This document shows positions 56,869 through 64,000 of a stretch of 64,000 nucleotides of DNA, piece by piece (within the stretch, counting starts at the first letter, position 1; each line of letters opens with the position of its first letter). The notes under the pieces are model-generated. The model was given only the letters and a program-made list of their open reading frames with translations. It was not told the origin of the DNA and made no database searches. This stretch comes from Chloroflexota bacterium. Its GTDB lineage: Bacteria; Chloroflexota; UBA11872; VXOZ01. The stretch covers positions 2,240,001 through 2,304,000 of the forward strand of contig OY760183.1 of NCBI GenBank assembly GCA_963663275.1, in the 5' to 3' direction. The position numbers and the translations under genes are program-made.

Positions 56869-58047
56869 CTAGGCGTCTTCCAACGCGGCGACGCCTGGCA
56901 GCGTCTTTCCCTCCAGAAACTCCAGTGTCGCCCCGCCGCCGGTTGAGACGTGGGTGATTGCCTCCGCCACGCCGCAGGCTTCAATCGCCGCGACCGTTTC
57001 GCCGCCGCCAACGATTGTCGTTGCCGTTGAATCCCCAAGCGCCAGCGCGATGGCGCGGGTGCTGCCCGCGAAGCGTTCTTCCTCGAAGAGTCCTAGGGGC
57101 CCGTTCCACAAGACCGTGCGCGCGGCAGCCAGGCAGTCCTCGATTGCGGATACCGTTTGCGGTCCCACGTCGCCAATCATCAAGTCCGGCGGCACGGCCT
57201 CGCTGCCCACGACCTGCGCCGGGCCGGCCGGGCCGCCAATTACGCCTACCACAACGTCGGTGGGTAGCAGCACGGCCACGTTGGATTTCTCCGCTTGCGC
57301 CAGAAAGTCCCGTGCGACCGGGATCTGCTCGTCTTCCACCAGGCTCTTGCCCACCGACGCGCCTTGGGCTTTCAGCAGCGTATTGGCAATGCCGCCGCCG
57401 GCAACGAGCACGTCGATCGTATCCAGCAGATGCGTCAGCACGCCGATCTTCGTCGAGATCTTGGCGCCGCCGATCAGCGCGGCGAACGGATGCGCCGGCG
57501 CATCCAACAGCCGCGAGAGGGTGGCGATCTCCCGCTCCATCAGCAGCCCGGCGACGCTGGGCAGGAAGGCGGTCACGCCCACCGTTGAGGCGTGCGCGCG
57601 GTGCGCGGCCCCGAACGCGTCGTTGACGAATACGTCCGCGAGAGACGCCAGCCGCCGCGCGAAATCCGGGTCGTTCTGCTCTTCTTCGGCATGGAAGCGC
57701 ACGTTTTCCAGCAGCAGTACGTCGCCCGGTCGCAGCGCCTCCACCGCGGCTTCCGCCTCCGATCCCACGCAGTCCCGCGCCGTCTGCACCGGTATATCGA
57801 GCAACTCGGACAGGCGGGCGGCCACCGGCGCCAGGCGCAGTTCTTCCGCGACCGCGCCCTTTGGCCGTCCCAGATGGGAAATCAGGATGACCGCGGCCTG
57901 GCGCTCGCGCAGGTAGTCTATGGTGGGCAGCGTGGCGCGCAGCCGCGCATCGTCGGCCACCGCGCCGCTCGCCAAGGGTACATTGAAGTCTACCCGCACC
58001 AACGCTCTCTTATGCGTTACGTCGCTGTCGCGCACGGTCTTCTTCAT
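56869..58047 (-). CDS. pgk: Phosphoglycerate kinase
   Basis: RVDFNVP, SHLGRP, LLENVRF, NDAFGAAHRAHAS, GGAK, WNGP, STGGGA.LEFLEG. Confidence 0.98.
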   Translation of the reverse strand: MKKTVRDSDVTHKRALVRVDFNVPLASGAVADDARLRATLPTIDYLRERQAAVILISHLGRPKGAVAEELRLAPVAARLSELLDIPVQTARDCVGSEAEAAVEALRPGDVLLLENVRFHAEEEQNDPDFARRLASLADVFVNDAFGAAHRAHASTVGVTAFLPSVAGLLMEREIATLSRLLDAPAHPFAALIGGAKISTKIGVLTHLLDTIDVLVAGGGIANTLLKAQGASVGKSLVEDEQIPVARDFLAQAEKSNVAVLLPTDVVVGVIGGPAGPAQVVGSEAVPPDLMIGDVGPQTVSAIEDCLAAARTVLWNGPLGLFEEERFAGSTRAIALALGDSTATTIVGGGETVAAIEACGVAEAITHVSTGGGATLEFLEGKTLPGVAALEDA

Positions 58048-58110
58048 GGCGCTCCTCACGCGGTTCCGGCGTCCTTGTGTTCCGGTGTTCACAGGCTCAT
58101 ACAGCAAAGA

Positions 58111-58136
58111 AGCCGTGGGTTACGCAACCCACGGCT
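58111..58136 (-). terminator. Stem-loop between gap and pgk (attenuator or mRNA stabiliser)
   Basis: AGCCGTGGGTT-ACGC-AACCCACGGCT, 11-bp stem followed by TCTTT on the minus strand. Confidence 0.55.
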
Positions 58137-58177
58137 CTCTCACTGAAAACTGAGGTTCCAATCTCCCGCTTGGATGC

Positions 58178-59197
58178 CTATACCGCGGCCTCTTGCGGAA
58201 TCGTCTGTGCCACGCGGGCGGTCAGGTCGGCGATGCGGCAGGCATAGCCCCACTCGTTGTCGTACCAGGAGAGCACTTTGACGAGCTTGCCGGAGACTTG
58301 CGTTGACGGCAGGTCTATAATCGAACTCCGAGAATCCCCCTTGAAGTCCATACTGACAAGCTCCTCACCGGAGCAACCGAGAATGCCGTTCAGGTCTCCC
58401 TGGGCGGCGGCGGCAAAGGCGTCATTGACGGCTTCCACCGTCACGTCCTGCGTCACCTCGCAGGTAAAGTCAACCACGGAAACGGTTGGCGTCGGCACGC
58501 GCAGAGCGAAGCCGTCGAGCCGGCCTTTGAGTTCGGGGATCACCTGCACCACGGCCCGGGCCGCGCCGGTGGTGGTGGGAATGATGTTGAGCGCGGCCGC
58601 CCGGGCGCGGCGCATGTCCTTTTGTTCGAGATCCAGAATGCGCTGGTCGTTGGTGTAGGAGTGGATGGTATTCATGAGGCCCTGCTCGATCGTGAAGGTG
58701 TCGTGCAGCACCTTGACCACGGGCGCGAGGCAGTTGGTGGTGCACGAGGCGTTCGAGACGATGTGGTGCTGGGCCGGGTCGTACGCGGCGTCGTTGACGC
58801 CCAAGACCAGAGTCACGTCTTCATCGGTAGCCGGCGCCGAGATGATCACCTTCTTGGCGCCCGCTTCAAGATGCTTGGCGGCGGAGGCGCGGTCGGTGCC
58901 GACGCCGGTTGACTCGATGACGACGTCGATGCCGAGGTCCCCCCAGGGCAAGGCCTCCCAGTCGCGCTGGGAAAGCGTCTGCAAACGCCGACCGTCGATT
59001 ACGAGCGCGCCGTCGCTCACGCCGACCTCACCGTTGAATCGGCCGTAGTTGCTGTCATATTTGAAGAGATGCGCGTTCGTATCCGCCGCCGCCAGGTCGT
59101 TCACGGCGGCCGTTTCAACGTCGGGCGCGCGTTCCAGAATTGCGCGCAGCGCCATCCTGCCGATGCGACCGAAGCCATTAATTGCTATCCGTGCCAT
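58178..59197 (-). CDS. gap: Type I glyceraldehyde-3-phosphate dehydrogenase
   Basis: [43 protein letters not shown]. Confidence 0.98.
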   Translation of the reverse strand: MARIAINGFGRIGRMALRAILERAPDVETAAVNDLAAADTNAHLFKYDSNYGRFNGEVGVSDGALVIDGRRLQTLSQRDWEALPWGDLGIDVVIESTGVGTDRASAAKHLEAGAKKVIISAPATDEDVTLVLGVNDAAYDPAQHHIVSNASCTTNCLAPVVKVLHDTFTIEQGLMNTIHSYTNDQRILDLEQKDMRRARAAALNIIPTTTGAARAVVQVIPELKGRLDGFALRVPTPTVSVVDFTCEVTQDVTVEAVNDAFAAAAQGDLNGILGCSGEELVSMDFKGDSRSSIIDLPSTQVSGKLVKVLSWYDNEWGYACRIADLTARVAQTIPQEAAV

Positions 59198-59249
59198 GTA
59201 TTTCTTCCCTTGCTAATGCAGACGCAGAGTGCGGAGGTGTTTATCTCGG

Positions 59250-60575
59250 TCAGGAAACTTTCAATGCGCCGGACTCAACGCGCCTGCGATCGCGCTTCGT
59301 CGCCCCGTTGTCGTGATAGAGGCTCATCGCGACCTGGGCGAGCTTGACGGCATCATGCTTGTTGGGCATTTCCACGTCGATAACGTCGGCGCTGACGATG
59401 GGGAGGCCGTCGATAATGGCTTGCTGCGGCGAGTGTTCGACAAGCTCGTAGGAACCATTCGCAGAAGGTACGCTCGTGCGGTCGTTTACCAGCACCACCG
59501 AGCAGACACCCGGCGGCGCATGGGTGCTGATGGCCTCGAGATGCTCTTCCACGCCGTAGTGCGCCGTTTCTCCCGGCTCGGTGGCGACATTGCAGACGTA
59601 GAGCTTGAGGGCCTTGGAATCCGCGGCCGCCCGTGAAATCTCCGGCACAAGCAGGTTGGGGAGCAGGCTCGTATAGAGGCTGCCGGGGGCGAGGATGATG
59701 TAGTCCGCTTCGAGAATTGCCTGGCAGGCCTCATCGTAGGCAGTGGGATGCTGCTTATCGAGATAGACGCGCTTGATGGACGAACCCGCATCGCCAATCG
59801 CGGATTCGCCGGCGATGGTGCGCCCGTCTTCAAGCTCCGCGCAGAGTTTGACACTCTCAAGGGTTGAAGGCAGGATTTGACCGCGTACCGCCAGCACCCG
59901 CGAGAGTTCGCGAATACCGGATTCGAAGTTGCCGGTAAGGTCGGCCATGGCCAGCATCATCAGGTTGCCGAGGCTGTGCCCTTCCAAGCCGCTGCCCTTG
60001 CTGAAGCGGTAATTGAGCAGCCGGGTCATCAAAGGCTCGGCAACGGCCAACGCGCCGACGCACTGGCGCACGTCGCCGGGCGGCAGCGCGCCGAATTCGC
60101 GGCGCAAGCGTCCTGACGACCCGCCGTCATCCACTACGGTCACGATTGCGGTCAGATTATTCGTATGTTCCTTAAGCCCACGCAGGAGCACGGACTGTCC
60201 GGTGCCGCCGCCAATCGTGACGATCTTTGGTCCCGTATTGAGAATGCGTCGTTGATATACTAAGTCCACTAACCGCCCGCGCTGGTTGGGCGCGCCGACG
60301 ACTTCCATGAGCGAAGCGTTGAGTTTCCAGATCGCCAGGACGGTCGAAATCAGCCCGAAACTGCCCACGAGGATTTCTCGATAGGGGTGCGGGATGAATT
60401 GGAGCGTTGCCGCTTGGACGGGTTCGGAGAACGGTTGAACGAAATCTACGTTGCGGTAGATCCAGGCGAGGCCCATGGCGCCGGCAAGGGCAAGCGCCAT
60501 GAATCCGATTATCAGCAGCGCAATCCAGCGCTTGACGTGCATTCCGGGGTAGAGCCACTTGCGGGAAGGTAGCAT
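59250..60575 (-). CDS. yvcK: Gluconeogenesis factor YvcK/GlmR with N-terminal TM segments
   Basis: IGGGTG, AIVTVVDDGGSSGRLR, PPGDVR, GHSLGNL, GES.I, PGSLYTS..PNL. Confidence 0.92.
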   Translation of the reverse strand: MLPSRKWLYPGMHVKRWIALLIIGFMALALAGAMGLAWIYRNVDFVQPFSEPVQAATLQFIPHPYREILVGSFGLISTVLAIWKLNASLMEVVGAPNQRGRLVDLVYQRRILNTGPKIVTIGGGTGQSVLLRGLKEHTNNLTAIVTVVDDGGSSGRLRREFGALPPGDVRQCVGALAVAEPLMTRLLNYRFSKGSGLEGHSLGNLMMLAMADLTGNFESGIRELSRVLAVRGQILPSTLESVKLCAELEDGRTIAGESAIGDAGSSIKRVYLDKQHPTAYDEACQAILEADYIILAPGSLYTSLLPNLLVPEISRAAADSKALKLYVCNVATEPGETAHYGVEEHLEAISTHAPPGVCSVVLVNDRTSVPSANGSYELVEHSPQQAIIDGLPIVSADVIDVEMPNKHDAVKLAQVAMSLYHDNGATKRDRRRVESGALKVS

Positions 60576-61037
60576 GGTGTGTTGGCCTTTAGCGGGACTG
60601 GGGCATGGAGGCGCTGACGGCCTCCCGCCTGAGGGTACGACGATGATTCAGCGCCGCACATGTGCGCGGCGGCAAATCGGCTGGGATGGTTGTTGGGACG
60701 AGGCCGGAGCCAATGGATTGAAGAACGGAGGAATGCCTTTGCCGACAGTGAGAGCGCCCAAGCGCGCTGCGGAGTGCCAGTGTGCGCAATACTGCCCTCA
60801 TTTCGCTCTGAGCCGTTGATTGACGATAACTGAGACAGCCGATGGATACCGGCATTCGTGTCCCGAATCGGAGACCGACGGGCGCGTAATCATCTGCGCA
60901 CTAGCGAGCGTCTACAAAGCCAAACGCCCGCGCTTGCGGCCTACGGGCTGTCAGGGGCGCAGGCGGTGCAGATGCCAGCAGAACAGACGACTACGTCTTC
61001 GCCCTCGAGCGAAAACCGCCTGCTACCCGCAAAGCGA

Positions 61038-61433
61038 CTACCGCGAGCGGGGAGACGGCCTCATTTGCAGCGAAATCGGCTCGGGCGCGCCTTCGTTCTC
61101 GCAGGCGCGATCGAGCGGCACGTCTGTTGCTTCGTCGCTGGCTTCAACGTAGCCGTGCGCGATGAGCCAAGCTTCCACTTCCTCGCCGGACACGTCGCTC
61201 AGGACGTGCTCGTCGACGGCAACGGAAGGTTGCATCGTCTGGCCGGTGCGCTGCACCATTTCGGCAAAGTGCGCGGCGTTGTTGATGATGTCGCGGTCGT
61301 CGTAGGCAAGGCCGTACTTTTGAAATACGGCGCGCACTCCATTGCTCCAACCGCAAATGGGCTTCATCCACGCAACGATGGTCGGGCTTTCGGCCTTCTT
61401 CCCGCGCGCTTCAATCTCTGTCTGAGCCATCAC
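61038..61433 (-). CDS. Monothiol glutaredoxin-like protein
   Basis: KPICGWS (CxxS), EMVQRTGQTMQP.V.V. Confidence 0.8.
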   Translation of the reverse strand: MMAQTEIEARGKKAESPTIVAWMKPICGWSNGVRAVFQKYGLAYDDRDIINNAAHFAEMVQRTGQTMQPSVAVDEHVLSDVSGEEVEAWLIAHGYVEASDEATDVPLDRACENEGAPEPISLQMRPSPRSR

Positions 61434-61536
61434 GTCGATCCTTCAGGCGCTGCTTGCTTGCCGGTTCAGGACTGCATCTATTCTAACACAGTAGCGGTCG
61501 GCATTCCACAGATACCGCCTCTGAATAGAATGGAAT

Positions 61537-63429
61537 CTAGGCTTTCTCGCTATCGATCCACACCGGGCTCGACCAGGCGGCGTTGCCGTCGGCCTGCAAC
61601 ACGCGGACGTAGTAGTAGCCCGGCGGCACTGCCGGACTGTCGCGCCAGACGTGTTCCAGCGCCGCGCCGTTGCCCGGTACGGAGTGCGCCTCGCGGCCGT
61701 CGCGGATCACGTCTATGCGCGCGAGATTGCCGGCGCCGATCACCGCTACGTCTATCGTGAATTCTGTGGCCGGTTCTATGGCGCTGCCCATGCACGCGCC
61801 GTTGACGGAGAAGTCGAGCAAGATGCGCTCGCAGGTGGTGGCGTACGTCCGGCGGGCCAGCAGGGCTTCCCAGAGCGACTCGCGGGTGCACTCGCGGGCC
61901 AGCACGGCGGTGAGGCCGCCAACCGGGCGCAGCCGGAAATCGATGCCGCCCATGGTGTCCATGCGCGATCCGGGATGGCCCCGGTGGTTGTCGGTGCCGC
62001 CAACGAAGCCAAGCCGCAACCCCTTCGCCAGCGCGCTGCGCGCCGACGAACCGTTTTCTCCCAGGATGACCGGCCCGCCGATTTCCTCCACCTCGAAGGA
62101 GCCGCGCAACTGGCAGATCTCGATATGGCGCTGGAATCCGGGGTGGTGTTTGTTCCAGTCCGTTGGCTGCCAGCGGCCAAAGGTCGTGCCGCCTTCCGAG
62201 TGCGTGTTCGGGTGGTGTGGGATGACGAGCGCGCGGCCTGGCGGTAATTGCTCCCAGAGATCGTTCGGGTCGTCGGGCGTGGGACAGGGCATGTCGTCGT
62301 CCAGGAAATACACGTTGCGGTGCCCGTACGAGCCTGCCCTGCTGTACTCGTAGGCAAGAAACGCCGTGAACTCGCCGGGCGCGTTGTACCGCTTGGCGCA
62401 CGCCTGGCTGTGCGCCCAGTCCTTGCCGCCCTCGTGATCCGTAATCGCCACGAAGTCCAGGCCGCTGATGTGCCGGGCGTACCAGTAGGCGTCGTCGATG
62501 TCGCGCACGCCGTCGCCGGAGAGGTTGGTGTGATTGTGAATGTCGCCCCAATAGATGTTGTAGCCGCTCGGCTTGAAGTGCGGCGCGATGGGCCTACTCT
62601 TGCCGATGACGCCGCTCCGCTCATCCCGCGCCCGCACGAGATAGACGCCAGGCTGCTCTGGGACGTCAATCTGCGCGGAGGCAAGGCCGCGTTCTCCGGT
62701 AGACGCGGTAGCTTCGGCGTTCAGCGCGCCGTCGCTGCCGACCGTCTCCAGTTTGAGCGCGCCTTGAAAGTCGTCACAGACGTTCCCAAAGGCGTCCCGG
62801 GCATGGATGAAGACCCGCGCGTTTCCTTCACGTGGGTTAAAATGCGGCACGCTTACGCCGAGCGCCGCGGGCGCGGCGGGCAGGATGTCTAACGCCGGAT
62901 GCTGCTGAAGCGGAAAGTGGCGTCCCCCGCCCCGCACCGGGTAATCCAGGTTGCTATAGTCGGTATTGCCCTCGATGTCCACGCCTACTTCGAACGCGCT
63001 GTCCACGCTGATGATGTCCTGCGCCTGCGCCGTCTGGCGAAAGCCTGAAACGTAGCTGCCGGGATGCCCAAGCGTGACGGTGAGCGTGTCGCCGCCGCGC
63101 AGCGGCTTGCCCTCCAGCACGGCGTAGACTACGGGGTACTGCGAGTGATGATAGGAGAGCGGATGCCCATTCACGACCTTCACCCTCACGCTCGTGCCGG
63201 GCACGCTGGTAAACGCCACCACGTTGCCCACGTCCCACCGCTGCTTCTCCTGGCGCGGCGGCGCAATCCGCACCCCGCCCCCAATCGCGATACCCTGCGC
63301 GCCTACGGTCACCGCAATTTCCCACGTCCCCCGCTGCCCGACGGTGATCGGATCGTCCGGCGTTATGCGGGCCGTATAGTCGGCCGGCGCTTGCCCGGCG
63401 GCCTGTTCGTGAATGGAATCTGACTTCAT
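61537..63429 (-). CDS. CehA/McbA-like (DUF3604) metallohydrolase
   Basis: YWGDIHNHT..SGDG, LDFVAITDH, YEY, GHRNV, PHH, GGTDNH, YYYVRV.Q.DG..AWSSP. Confidence 0.85.
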   Translation of the reverse strand: MKSDSIHEQAAGQAPADYTARITPDDPITVGQRGTWEIAVTVGAQGIAIGGGVRIAPPRQEKQRWDVGNVVAFTSVPGTSVRVKVVNGHPLSYHHSQYPVVYAVLEGKPLRGGDTLTVTLGHPGSYVSGFRQTAQAQDIISVDSAFEVGVDIEGNTDYSNLDYPVRGGGRHFPLQQHPALDILPAAPAALGVSVPHFNPREGNARVFIHARDAFGNVCDDFQGALKLETVGSDGALNAEATASTGERGLASAQIDVPEQPGVYLVRARDERSGVIGKSRPIAPHFKPSGYNIYWGDIHNHTNLSGDGVRDIDDAYWYARHISGLDFVAITDHEGGKDWAHSQACAKRYNAPGEFTAFLAYEYSRAGSYGHRNVYFLDDDMPCPTPDDPNDLWEQLPPGRALVIPHHPNTHSEGGTTFGRWQPTDWNKHHPGFQRHIEICQLRGSFEVEEIGGPVILGENGSSARSALAKGLRLGFVGGTDNHRGHPGSRMDTMGGIDFRLRPVGGLTAVLARECTRESLWEALLARRTYATTCERILLDFSVNGACMGSAIEPATEFTIDVAVIGAGNLARIDVIRDGREAHSVPGNGAALEHVWRDSPAVPPGYYYVRVLQADGNAAWSSPVWIDSEKA

Positions 63430-63437
63430 GGGCTGAT

Positions 63438-64000
63438 TTACTCCGTAGGCGTTGGGGCGCCGTTCTCACTTTGCTGGCTACTCGGTATCACCGGCAGGAT
63501 AATGTGCGACGGGCGCGCCGGTTCGTGGTAGACGGTATTGTGCGCTTCTTCAAGGCGGGTGTGGCGGCCCAGAGGTTCGCCGGTGTTGGGATTGACGTCG
63601 AAACGGGGGAAGTTGCTGCTGGATACGTCCAGCCGGATGCGGTGTCCCCGCGCAAAGACGTTGCTGGTGGGATACATCTCGATGGTGATGGGCGTGGGCA
63701 CGTTTGGTTCCAGGAACTCGGCCCGTTCGCGGCTGTTGCGGTAGCGCGCGCGCTGGATGCTGTCGGTGACGTTCATGGCAAAGCCCTGCGGGTAGTCGCC
63801 GTTGGGCGGATGCACGTCGAGCAACTTGACCGTGAAGTCGGTATCCACGGCGGTAGAGCTAATCCAGAGTTTGACCGTGAGCGGGCCGGTGACCTCGATA
63901 TCCTCTTCCAGCGGCGGAGTCTGGAAAACCAGGACGTCCGGCCGGGCGGCCAGCGGCAGGCTGCCGGTGTAGCCGAAGAAACGCTCGTCGCCGCGTTGAT
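63438..64000 (-). CDS. CocE/NonD family hydrolase, C-terminal part (5' end outside the window)
   Basis: RPDVLVFQT.PL..DIEVTGP, DTDFTVKLLDV, HRIRLDVSSSNFPRFDVNPNTG. Confidence 0.9.
   Translation of the reverse strand, partial: QRGDERFFGYTGSLPLAARPDVLVFQTPPLEEDIEVTGPLTVKLWISSTAVDTDFTVKLLDVHPPNGDYPQGFAMNVTDSIQRARYRNSRERAEFLEPNVPTPITIEMYPTSNVFARGHRIRLDVSSSNFPRFDVNPNTGEPLGRHTRLEEAHNTVYHEPARPSHIILPVIPSSQQSENGAPTPTE

Overview
GC-rich bacterial chromosome segment, most likely from a peptidoglycan-making Chloroflexota-type organism (inferred from gene content, not a database match). Mostly housekeeping: tRNA-Ala(CGC), rpmA-rplU, a surface-glycan locus (WcaJ-like priming transferase, 3 GT2, 2 GT4, WaaL-like ligase), icd-like dehydrogenase, darA-murT-gatD, a reduced dcw cluster (mraZ-rsmH-ftsL-ftsI-ftsW-murC-murB-ftsQ-ftsA-ftsZ), queG, nadB-nadC, ogt, moxR and yvcK-gap-pgk. 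Scattered catabolic enzymes include 2 enolase-superfamily, 2 PHP/CehA-like and 2 CocE/NonD proteins. I found no CRISPR array, integrase, transposase or defence operon, and no clearly new multi-gene system. The most striking unexplained structure is a set of small non-coding repeats: two kinds of TIR-bounded MITE-like elements carrying REP-like palindromes (one nested inside the other), tandem REP mosaics, and one REP copy inserted in frame in a glycosyltransferase. Other leads are a TPR + HIRAN-like gene with a structured leader next to a SPOR/beta-propeller lipoprotein, and an enolase-superfamily enzyme lacking its second catalytic Lys. Start codons were adjusted by eye where RBS or family length suggested a better one than the ORF track.
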